35,880 nucleotides of DNA, from IMG/VR virus record IMGVR_UViG_3300032212_000680, positions 1-35,880 of that record; one strand, 5' to 3'. A model generated the notes under the pieces. The model saw only the letters and a list, made by a program, of their open reading frames with translations, did no database searches and was not told where the DNA came from. Every line of letters starts with the position of its first letter. The stretch's first letter is position 1. Of the stretch, positions 1 to 7,125 are shown piece by piece. This DNA is from a virus. Its lineage: Duplodnaviria > Caudoviricetes. Made by a program: the position numbers and the translations under genes.

Positions 1-138
1 TACAAAACGATTAGCCTTTTTGTTCATTGGATCGGCCGCAATATCGACGGTAAAACTCATGCCGAGCTTGATCTCAACAGCACGGACGATATCGATCGGT
101 GTCTGGTAATGGTTGCGGTTAAATTCTTCAGCCTTCAT
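1..138 (-). CDS. Phage DNA N6-adenine methyltransferase (T1 Dam-like, PF05869), N-terminal part, truncated by window edge
   Basis: Not in the ORF track. Hand translation from ATG 138 gives MKAEEFNRNHYQTPIDIVRAVEIKLGMSFTVDIAADPMNKKANRFV, matching the (W/Y)xTP...FxxDxAA..N N-terminus of phage Dam. ATGA overlap with the stop of the upstream gene (135-137). Confidence 0.75.
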   Translation of the reverse strand, partial: MKAEEFNRNHYQTPIDIVRAVEIKLGMSFTVDIAADPMNKKANRFV

Positions 139-542
139 GTGATGACCGCCTCATTTGCATCGAATGGGTTAAATAACCGTATATTCATGTTCAGTGTTTT
201 TGCGAGGTCGATTTCATCATCGACACCCTCAGACTTATCCCAGCCGTCAATAGTCAACACAAGCAACTCATCGCAGCGTCTCAAAATATTAAAATTGAAT
301 GCGCGGTAGTATGCAGAGTCCTCGGGCATCTTGTATTTGATCGCCATATCGTGAAGGTGCGCGATCGGTGAATAGTTATCCTGGCCGGATTCAAATAACA
401 ATGCGCTTGCTTCTTTTGCATTCTCAGCACGTTGGTGTCTCACACCAATGTCATGGTGTGTATAGGGAGATGCAAGGTAAAATAGCTTGTTATCTCGCGT
501 GAGAACTGAGCCCTGATTTATTAGTTTTGTTTTATTCATCAT
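135..542 (-). CDS. DUF1937-like protein, nucleoside 2-deoxyribosyltransferase fold
   Basis: YLASPYT, SPIAH and CDELLVLTIDGWDKSEGVDDEIDLA motifs. Confidence 0.75.
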   Translation of the reverse strand: MMNKTKLINQGSVLTRDNKLFYLASPYTHHDIGVRHQRAENAKEASALLFESGQDNYSPIAHLHDMAIKYKMPEDSAYYRAFNFNILRRCDELLVLTIDGWDKSEGVDDEIDLAKTLNMNIRLFNPFDANEAVIT

Positions 543-1479
543 TTAAACTGTTTAAGATTCTCCATGCTGTTGCAGCCACGATTGGTACTTGTCCATTGCC
601 AAGGGCTTTAAGTCTGTCCACCCGAGAGGCCACCCCATTAGCCACTCGACCCACTTCGGGTTCAATGCTCCAGTAATCATTTCTCTTTCCTGAACTACCG
701 CACAAAGATACTTCTTTTCCATCATGTGTTTGTGCGACTTGCTTCCCAGTGGCCCGACTCCCTTGTATTCGCATGATCTCGGTGTCGGCCACACCGTTTT
801 TGCTATCGTCTGTAGGCTCGGTCTTACCTTTGCGCCTGAGCTCGCGGACTTGTTGCTTCCGTATGGTGTTGCGGTCGGTGTCGGTAGATACCCGCTGCCC
901 TTTGCTAATTCGCTTGGACTGGCATGATTTGCCTTTGCGGTCGGTGTGTGTAGCTTTAATCCACAGCCTTTTCCGTCTGTGTGGTGCACCACAGTCGTCT
1001 GCTCCCAGCACACACCATCTTGCATCGTAGCCACTTTCGGCCAGGTCTCGCAGTATCTCTCCGAAGTAGTGAACAGGTCGGCCTGATTCGTCATCCACTG
1101 AGGCGCTGAGTAATCCTGGCACGTTCTCAAGGAGGCAAAACTCTGGTTGTACTTCCCTGATAATCTGAACGGTAGCAGGCCACATGTTTCGCTCGTCATC
1201 TTTTCCTTGTCGCTTTCCTGCAACTGAAAAAGGCTGACATGGAAAGCCTGATGTAAGTACGTCCGTAAATCCTCGGTATTGTCTGGCTGCACCGGACTGT
1301 AAGAACTCACGCACGTCTGTAAAGATCGGGGCTTCATCGAGGTATCCGTCATCGATTCTTGCTCTGATGACCTGCTGACAGTATTCGTTAAACTCGACAT
1401 AACCTATATGCGTCCAACCAAGTAATTTAGTGCCAAGTAGTCCACCACCTGCTCCTGAAAATAAACTAAGTTCATTCAC
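532..1479 (-). CDS. DNA (cytosine-5) methyltransferase, alpha polypeptide (motifs I-VIII and X)
   Basis: Motif I LSLFSGAGG, motif IV GFPCQPFS, motif VI ENVPGL, motif VIII PHRRKR, motif X RLKALGNGQVP. No motif IX in this frame. Confidence 0.92.
   Translation of the reverse strand: MNELSLFSGAGGGLLGTKLLGWTHIGYVEFNEYCQQVIRARIDDGYLDEAPIFTDVREFLQSGAARQYRGFTDVLTSGFPCQPFSVAGKRQGKDDERNMWPATVQIIREVQPEFCLLENVPGLLSASVDDESGRPVHYFGEILRDLAESGYDARWCVLGADDCGAPHRRKRLWIKATHTDRKGKSCQSKRISKGQRVSTDTDRNTIRKQQVRELRRKGKTEPTDDSKNGVADTEIMRIQGSRATGKQVAQTHDGKEVSLCGSSGKRNDYWSIEPEVGRVANGVASRVDRLKALGNGQVPIVAATAWRILNSLNDE
552..1199 (-). CDS. Nested alternative-frame beta polypeptide of the C5-MTase (TRD-like PTP repeats plus motif IX)
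   Basis: Frame open 552-1400 entirely inside the alpha gene. Contains LHTPTA/LPTPTA/WPTPRS and LNPKWVEWLMGWPLGWTD (motif IX-like). ATG 1199 is preceded by AAGGAAAAG; start is uncertain. Confidence 0.78.
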   Translation of the reverse strand: MTSETCGLLPFRLSGKYNQSFASLRTCQDYSAPQWMTNQADLFTTSERYCETWPKVATMQDGVCWEQTTVVHHTDGKGCGLKLHTPTAKANHASPSELAKGSGYLPTPTATPYGSNKSASSGAKVRPSLQTIAKTVWPTPRSCEYKGVGPLGSKSHKHMMEKKYLCAVVQEREMITGALNPKWVEWLMGWPLGWTDLKPLAMDKYQSWLQQHGES

Positions 1480-1480
1480 T

Positions 1481-1520
1481 TAAAAAAGCCGCCCTTCATC
1501 TAGGGGTGAATCGGGGCGGC
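1481..1520 (-). terminator. Intrinsic terminator-like hairpin in early-left operon
   Basis: Minus strand GCCGCCC...GGGCGGC followed by TTTTTT. Confidence 0.65.
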
Positions 1521-1533
1521 AAACCTCCACGGA

Positions 1534-2007
1534 TTAATCTTCAGATGTAACCACTTTTGCGTCATCGCCGATCATGTCAGCCTGGTCAGGATCGCCTTCC
1601 ACTGCATCGACGTTCCCATAGAACTGCTCAGGATCTGCAATAACGACCATGACGCGCATGCTTGTACGATCAGCCAGCTCATGCACATGGTTGTTATGTT
1701 TTGGTAACTGCAAAACGGCTTTCACACCATCTTTAAAAACAACCTGTTCGACTTCGGCTTCGCAGTGAGGAAAGTCATGGTTCGAAATAATGCTGACTGC
1801 CTGGATCACATTGTGCTTGACGCGCATGCGTAATCGATAGATGACATCATTCTGCTTGTCATGAGTGAGTTTTTGCCATGGGTCTTGAAGTATTTTTATC
1901 TCATCGAGTAATGCCCCGAGCAAATCTTCGGCCATGTGATCAGCCGCCATGTATAGCTCTTTATCTTCTTGCGCATCTTTGTTTATTACTAATGCTGGTT
2001 CTGTCAT
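1534..2007 (-). CDS. Conserved phage hypothetical protein (relatives often carry a C-terminal FtsK-gamma domain, not seen here)
   Basis: 157 aa ORF with AGGAGA RBS; PWQKL..KQ..VI.RL and VEQVVFKDGVKAVL resemble a recurrent lambdoid early-left family. Confidence 0.6.
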   Translation of the reverse strand: MTEPALVINKDAQEDKELYMAADHMAEDLLGALLDEIKILQDPWQKLTHDKQNDVIYRLRMRVKHNVIQAVSIISNHDFPHCEAEVEQVVFKDGVKAVLQLPKHNNHVHELADRTSMRVMVVIADPEQFYGNVDAVEGDPDQADMIGDDAKVVTSED

Positions 2008-2024
2008 TCTATTTCTCCTATTGT

Positions 2025-2066
2025 TAAAAAAGCCGGATCACCGTTTCTAGCGAACAGATCACCGGC
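2025..2066 (-). terminator. Intrinsic terminator-like hairpin in early-left operon
   Basis: Minus strand GCCGGTGATC...GATCCGGC followed by TTTTTT. Confidence 0.6.
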
Positions 2067-2078
2067 AGCCCTAGAAAA

Positions 2079-2843
2079 CTATGCCGTGCCTGCAGCGACT
2101 GTCTTCTCGTCGTAGAAACGCACGCCGGCTATTTCTATCGACCCCTTCGTGCTGGTCGCAAGCGATCGCAGCGCCTTTTCGTTTGGCAGCTTGTATTGAT
2201 CTGGTAATGCTTGAAAATCGGTCACTTCAAATGTCCACTTCGATCGCACCGAGACACCTTTCACCTTCGGCATCGCCTTTTTCACTGGTAATGCTGCAGC
2301 GGTTGTTACTGTGGCAGTCACCTCGGCATTAACGGCCTTATCGTTAGCGATCGCGGCCTGTGCAGCGGCTTCCTGGGCGGCCTTCTCATCACCGGACTGT
2401 TCAGCTTCTTTGCTTTTTGCTTCGGCCTCTTCAGCGGCCTTACGCTTCTCTGCCGCTTCGCGCTCTGCTTTTTGTTTTGCCTCACGCGCCTCCTGCTCTG
2501 CCTTTAATCTCGCTTCATCCGCAATGCGCTGTTGCTCCTGGTAGTAGGCATTCATGCCATTCTTGAGCGCAGTCTCAGCTTGCTCCAGAGTCTCTTTTGG
2601 CCCGCGAAACAGGTCATTAATTGCCTTGAGCGCATCGTTTATCGGGCCTGTGATAGAGGTGCGTTTTTCTTCGTACTCTTTCAGCTTGGCTTTTATTTTC
2701 TTCAGTTCCTCACCAGCAAGTTCGTACATCTGATCGCAATCAATCTCGAAGGCCATGGCCACGTCGTTTATTTTGCTGGCATCAATAAGTAGACCTTCAG
2801 CTATTAGTTTGCTTTGATCGATTTGTGGCAGTGTTGTCGTCAT
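2079..2843 (-). CDS. Coiled-coil phage protein of the recombination module
   Basis: Start revised to ATG 2843 (AAGGAGAAACA RBS, ATGA overlap with nuclease stop). E/K/A-rich helix; C-terminal W.FEV.D..ALP..Y..PN...IAGVRFY motif. Confidence 0.7.
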   Translation of the reverse strand: MTTTLPQIDQSKLIAEGLLIDASKINDVAMAFEIDCDQMYELAGEELKKIKAKLKEYEEKRTSITGPINDALKAINDLFRGPKETLEQAETALKNGMNAYYQEQQRIADEARLKAEQEAREAKQKAEREAAEKRKAAEEAEAKSKEAEQSGDEKAAQEAAAQAAIANDKAVNAEVTATVTTAAALPVKKAMPKVKGVSVRSKWTFEVTDFQALPDQYKLPNEKALRSLATSTKGSIEIAGVRFYDEKTVAAGTA

Positions 2844-3433
2844 TGTTTCTCCTTCAGCAAGCCGTGCTGCTGCTTGAATTTGTAAATCGTCAGGCAAGAT
2901 AAAAAAACTGATAAGTCCGTGTAGTCAAAGTATGGATAAAGTTTGTATCTACCTGTCGGCATTAACTGCAGGCCATAGCGCCGGTCTGCCTTATTGGCAA
3001 GGCATTCGTTATAGGCTGCCGTCTGTGGCCCAGTGTCTGGCGTCATTACCGCGCGCGCCTTGATATCAACGAGCGAACGAATACCGCAAACTTTACCTAC
3101 TAGATCAAGCGTGCCGGCATAACCAAATTGGGGGTGATACACTCTGGCTTCATTCAGTTCGACTTTGAAACCGGTATCGCTCTCGAACAAAATAAATGCG
3201 TCCAGGTATGGTCTGATTCTCTCGTCGAGTGATTCGCGATCGAGCGTACCCTTGAGATATAACTCGACCGCCTTGTGCACCTTGCGGCCACGGTCGGCTG
3301 CAAATTCGAGCGTTTCGGTATTTACCATGGAGAAGTCAACGAGCGGATCAAGAATGCTCGTGACGTTAGGTATTACATTATCCCCTATCGCGTATTCGTG
3401 CCGGTCTTCATCAAATTTTAGTGCAGCCGACAT
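2840..3433 (-). CDS. PD-(D/E)XK exonuclease (Bet partner)
   Basis: PNVTSIL, RGRKVHKAVE, E..VY, YAGTLDL, LVDIK and Q.AAY motifs; adjacent to bet. Confidence 0.85.
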   Translation of the reverse strand: MSAALKFDEDRHEYAIGDNVIPNVTSILDPLVDFSMVNTETLEFAADRGRKVHKAVELYLKGTLDRESLDERIRPYLDAFILFESDTGFKVELNEARVYHPQFGYAGTLDLVGKVCGIRSLVDIKARAVMTPDTGPQTAAYNECLANKADRRYGLQLMPTGRYKLYPYFDYTDLSVFLSCLTIYKFKQQHGLLKEKQ

Positions 3434-4317
3434 TACTGACCCTCGATCCAGTGAAAGGCATCGTTGACCGCTTTCATTGATAAGTTTTCAATGTTATCGA
3501 TGCCGAATTGCGCACATAGGACGTCGTCTGACAAACCCTTATCTGCCAGCTTGGCCCGCACAAGTTTCAATGCGCCGGTCGTTAGCTTTTCGCCCGCATT
3601 TTGGTGTTGAGTGGTGGCTGGCTGCTGTTTAACATCTCCAGCTACAGGATCGACTTCGGGATTTACCTCACGCGGTTCAGTTATGGGCTCACGCCCAACA
3701 ACTTCCACCTCACCCATTTCAATTGTCTTCCCGGCCATTTCTTCGGCGGTTGCACTCGAACCAATCTCTGGCCAGCCTTTACGAAGCGCCTGGGCCTCGG
3801 CGCATTTTGCAAGCTGTCCGCGTGGCCGTTTCTGCCACATACGGTTTGGTGCAGTGCTTTTTGCCGAGTCGGATGCATAATTCTCTAACCAGTACTCGCG
3901 TGCGGTAAACGTAACGATATGGTTACCAACAATCTTGTGAACTTTTACCTCGCACCATTCAGGATACGTAACAGTGACAGAGTCACCGTTCTTAGATCTG
4001 AATGTTTCGGTTTTGTCCTCGCCGAACTCAGGCGCATCGATACCAGCCATATTGCCCGATCGATCAGCCTGGATACGATAAAGCCCGATGCCTGGCATGA
4101 TCACATCCTTCCAACCATAGGATCCGGACTGAGGATCGCGGACGTTCATTGGCACGGCATGCACTGGTTTTTGCATGATGTCGAGCTTGTTGGCCCGACA
4201 GTAGTCAATCATCATGGCAACAGACTCAGACTTCACGCCTGAGTAAATTGAGTTCTGCAATACTTCGATGAGCTTTGTATCGTCCTGTATTTTGGCGACG
4301 GCGTTTGTGGTGGTCAT
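3433..4317 (-). CDS. bet: Phage recombination protein Bet (RecT/Redbeta-family single-strand annealing protein)
   Basis: DYC.A..LDIMQKPVH.VPM, MPGIGLYRIQADRSG and MW.KRP.GQLAKCAEAQALRKGWP. Confidence 0.92.
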   Translation of the reverse strand: MTTTNAVAKIQDDTKLIEVLQNSIYSGVKSESVAMMIDYCRANKLDIMQKPVHAVPMNVRDPQSGSYGWKDVIMPGIGLYRIQADRSGNMAGIDAPEFGEDKTETFRSKNGDSVTVTYPEWCEVKVHKIVGNHIVTFTAREYWLENYASDSAKSTAPNRMWQKRPRGQLAKCAEAQALRKGWPEIGSSATAEEMAGKTIEMGEVEVVGREPITEPREVNPEVDPVAGDVKQQPATTQHQNAGEKLTTGALKLVRAKLADKGLSDDVLCAQFGIDNIENLSMKAVNDAFHWIEGQ

Positions 4318-4334
4318 GGTTTCTCCTGTCTAGT

Positions 4335-4607
4335 TTATTTTTGCCATGGGTAATTGCGATCGCGCTTTACCCCGGTGATGTATTCGCCCTCTTTGCATAA
4401 TTGGATGCTGAGCGCTTTGGTCGCTGTGTTAATTTTTGCCGTTTGAATTGAGGCCGGATTCAATGCTGGGCCAATCTCAGTGAGTAGCCATATAGATGAA
4501 TAAAAGAGAACGCTAAAACCAATTGCACCAGCGATGTTATAAACGTGACGCTTTCGATTTGATGAACGTCTGCGCGGCAGTGTTACGTAGTCTTTAGAAA
4601 TGGACAT
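4335..4607 (-). CDS. Hypothetical membrane-anchored protein
   Basis: AAGGGG RBS before ATG 4613/4607; hydrophobic segment IAGAIGFSVLFYSSIWLL; fills the gap between flanking genes. Confidence 0.55.
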   Translation of the reverse strand: MSISKDYVTLPRRRSSNRKRHVYNIAGAIGFSVLFYSSIWLLTEIGPALNPASIQTAKINTATKALSIQLCKEGEYITGVKRDRNYPWQK

Positions 4608-4896
4608 AACCATAACCCCTTTGTTCGTAATCGATGGTTTGCTGACAAGTTCTGCAATGACCGGGCTGGCCATAGTGTGCTTTCCCGCATGATCCGCAGA
4701 ATTGTTTATCTGGTTCGGTATTGAGTTGTTCAAGATAGGCCTGCACACCTGGGCATTGATCCGACGTGACGCCTGGGTGACATATTTTTTCAGTTCTCCC
4801 CCATCGATTTACCTGTATCTGGTTGGGGCAGCCCTGGCAAAAAGTGGCTTGATTCTCTATCGATTCTTTAATTTTTTGTGCTTGATGGCGTTCCAT
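4594..4896 (-). CDS. Cys-rich (Zn-binding) hypothetical protein, first gene of the PL operon
   Basis: AGGAGG RBS; CxxC motifs CQGC, CGSC, CRTC. Confidence 0.7.
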   Translation of the reverse strand: MERHQAQKIKESIENQATFCQGCPNQIQVNRWGRTEKICHPGVTSDQCPGVQAYLEQLNTEPDKQFCGSCGKAHYGQPGHCRTCQQTIDYEQRGYGYVHF

Positions 4897-4909
4897 ATGC
4901 GCCTCCTAG

Positions 4910-4969
4910 TGCAACTATATATTGCATTATAGGCAGAATAGAAATATCTATGCAACTCTTTGTTGCATA
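4910..4969 (-). promoter_or_regulatory. PL promoter with two operators (OL)
   Basis: Minus strand TTGCAT (4955-4950), 18 bp spacer, TATAAT (4931-4926). Operators TGCAAC-TATAT-ATTGCA (4910-4926) and TATGCAAC-TCTTT-GTTGCATA (4949-4969). Confidence 0.8.
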
Positions 4970-4976
4970 TGAAGGC

Positions 4977-5006
4977 AAAAAAAACCGGTGATAACCACCG
5001 GATTTT
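4977..5006 (-). terminator. Terminator of the cI (lysogenic) transcript
   Basis: CCGGTG-ATAAC-CACCGG hairpin with a T8 run on the minus strand. Confidence 0.75.
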
Positions 5007-5056
5007 AAAGTATTGGTTCTTGTATTACTTAACCAATGCGCGATTAAATTAGTGTT

Positions 5057-5344
5057 TTATTTAGATTTACCTTGCTTAAGGATTGCAACCTCTTGACTCA
5101 AATTCATATATTTTTGATTTAATTCGCTGATATTAAGCTTCATTTCTGAGTAATGTGCGTTACTGACCACGGCTGTGTGGCTACTAGAGCCGGTAACAAA
5201 GCCGAAATAGTATGAAACCAGCACAAGTGCCGCTGCAATAAATACAATAGTGGTGAAAACGATTATGTTTTTCTTGTCTGGTGGCAGGTAGCCGTGAGTG
5301 ATGTATTCAGTCGCTAAATTTTTTATTGTTTGAGCGTTTTCCAT
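5057..5344 (-). CDS. Single-TM membrane protein downstream of cI (candidate lysogen-expressed exclusion/accessory protein)
   Basis: AT-rich; TM IIVFTTIVFIAAALVLVSYYFGF followed by a coiled-coil tail; AAGGAAG RBS. Confidence 0.6.
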   Translation of the reverse strand: MENAQTIKNLATEYITHGYLPPDKKNIIVFTTIVFIAAALVLVSYYFGFVTGSSSHTAVVSNAHYSEMKLNISELNQKYMNLSQEVAILKQGKSK

Positions 5345-5361
5345 GGTTCTTCCTTAAGTTT

Positions 5362-5880
5362 TTATGCTAATAAATTGGTATATCGCTCGACCTCCTTTGC
5401 AGTGACATTCTCACCTTTTTGAAGCTGATCATATATAGTTGCGACCAGCCTAGCATAAGACTTCGGATCTAACTCTATACCCTTTCTACCCAAGACTTCT
5501 CCAACAATTACAACAACTTCACATAGAGTATTCTCATCTACGCTGTTGTCGTAGCCCACAAGGAGCCAGTCAGGAGTGACCTTGAGAAAGCGAGCTAAAT
5601 TTTCAAGATTTTTATCGGTTGGCTTGCTGTCGCCTATTACCCAGCGACGAGCCATCTCACGAGAAACATTAGCCCCCTCACCTAATGCGCCAACATCCAC
5701 GCCAGTTTCCGAAGATCTCTGGGCAACTAGCCCCAAGTTCAGCGCTGCGTGGCGGATTCTGCTGGCAATATCCTCAAAACGACTCATTGGATGAGCTGCC
5801 TCATGTCCTTGATCGTCGTGAGAATCATCTGAGATTACCACATTATTATGGGGCTTTGGGGTCTTTTTATCCATTATCAT
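5362..5880 (-). CDS. cI: CI-like XRE/HTH repressor lacking an S24 autoprotease domain
   Basis: HTH ALGEGANVSREMARRW..G..KP...NL..LA.FL.V.PDWLL.G; divergent from cro; start uncertain. Confidence 0.82.
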   Translation of the reverse strand: MIMDKKTPKPHNNVVISDDSHDDQGHEAAHPMSRFEDIASRIRHAALNLGLVAQRSSETGVDVGALGEGANVSREMARRWVIGDSKPTDKNLENLARFLKVTPDWLLVGYDNSVDENTLCEVVVIVGEVLGRKGIELDPKSYARLVATIYDQLQKGENVTAKEVERYTNLLA

Positions 5881-5888
5881 ACAAATAT

Positions 5889-5975
5889 CGCTACTTATCG
5901 TTGCACCAAGTATATAAAAAAAACAAACGCCTATTGCACAATTCTCCCTTGCTCGTTATGCTACTATTGGTTGCA
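5889..5975 (+). promoter_or_regulatory. PR promoter with operators (OR)
   Basis: TTGCAC (5934-5939), 17 bp spacer, TATGCT (5957-5962). Operators CGCTAC-TTATC-GTTGCA (5889-5905) and TGCTAC-TATTG-GTTGCA (5959-5975), plus half-site ATTGCA (5933-5938). Confidence 0.78.
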
Positions 5976-5998
5976 CTTAATATAGGTACTGAAAGACA

Positions 5999-6265
5999 AT
6001 GCATAAACGCAGTAAGGAATCTCTCGATTCCGTACAAAAAGCAATCAAAGACGGTGGCGGCCCTTCCAAAGTTGCCGAGCTTTTCGGATTCAAATCTCAC
6101 TGGGCAGTTGGAAAGTGGGTGCTTTTTGGCGTCCCGGACAGCCATGTAATTCGGCTTGAGGAAATATCGAGGCACGCTGGGGGCCTGGAAACACGCTACA
6201 CAATGCGCCCTGACATATACCCTCCTGTTACTTGTCCGCAATGCGGTATGTGCATCAATGAATAA
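5999..6265 (+). CDS. cro: Cro-like (YdaS family) regulator
   Basis: AI...GG.SKVA..FG.....V.KW...GVP and RPDIYP motifs; divergent from cI. Confidence 0.82.
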   Translation: MHKRSKESLDSVQKAIKDGGGPSKVAELFGFKSHWAVGKWVLFGVPDSHVIRLEEISRHAGGLETRYTMRPDIYPPVTCPQCGMCINE

Positions 6266-6301
6266 CATATAAGCAGAATACCTAAAAGGAGAAAATAAGA
6301 A

Positions 6302-6895
6302 ATGCGTAACGACCCACACAACAGATCAGCGGTACAGGTCATCGAAGATCATTATCACAAGTTACTGCACCACACATCCATGACAAAAAGCTCGTTCATG
6401 ATGTCAGTCCGCGAGCACTACGAAGCGAACGTTGCTCCTGGTTACCGCGCCGTCAAATTCAGCCAAAGCGATATAGCAGGTGGCCGCGACGCAGAAACGT
6501 TTGACAGATTTCTTGATCCTGACTCAACGGTTCGCCTACCCATGGAACTCATCGAGGCAATACTGGCCGCATTCCCTGCAGAGGAGCGTTTTGCTCTACA
6601 AACCGAGCTCGCATCACGTCAGGGCATGCTGGCTGTGCACATGCCGGTCGAAGGTAACTCCGAGGACACTGCGAACCTGGCCAGACTAGCCAAGGAAACT
6701 GGCGAGGCCATGATTGCCATCTCCAAGTTACTCGAGGACGGGAAAATCGACCACAACGATCGCGCTCATGCACCAGAAGCGTTAAACGAAATCGAGCAGG
6801 CGATGAGTTGCCTGGCTGAAATTCACCAGCGCGTCATTGACGAGACAGGCATACGCGAATCGACTGTCGTGCCTATTGGTAACGGCGCTGCATGA
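6302..6895 (+). CDS. CII-like / YdaT-like regulatory protein
   Basis: Position after cro; KETGEA..AI..L..DGKID..D...A..EI C-terminal motif; AGGAGA RBS. Confidence 0.65.
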   Translation: MRNDPHNRSAVQVIEDHYHKLLHHTSMTKSSFMMSVREHYEANVAPGYRAVKFSQSDIAGGRDAETFDRFLDPDSTVRLPMELIEAILAAFPAEERFALQTELASRQGMLAVHMPVEGNSEDTANLARLAKETGEAMIAISKLLEDGKIDHNDRAHAPEALNEIEQAMSCLAEIHQRVIDETGIRESTVVPIGNGAA

Positions 6896-7125
6896 ATAAT
6901 ATCAGCCCGACAGGACGCTCCTGTACAGCAAAGGCGCGATGCCCGGTCTGGAGTCGTGGCAACTGCAAAAATCGCAGAGAGTGCGGCGTCCTTTATGCAT
7001 TGCAGCACCCAAGCGCGGCCGATGCGGTTGATGTTTTGATTGGTAACCGACACCTTCAGCTGATCATCGACAGACAAACCAAGGCGCTAGTACCTCCACG
7101 CAGAAAGATGAAGGAGGCCTATTGA
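6892..7125 (+). CDS. Small Cys-rich hypothetical protein
   Basis: Stop/start overlaps with both neighbours; four Cys. Confidence 0.5.
   Translation: MNNISPTGRSCTAKARCPVWSRGNCKNRRECGVLYALQHPSAADAVDVLIGNRHLQLIIDRQTKALVPPRRKMKEAY

Noticed and set aside
2840-3433. Cas4 or CRISPR-associated nuclease
   Set aside because: No four-Cys Fe-S pattern, array or other cas genes; the context is Bet recombination.
5685-6319. ORFs 5685-6149 (+) and 5891-6319 (-)
   Set aside because: They cross the cI/cro control region, lack motifs and conflict with better-supported genes.
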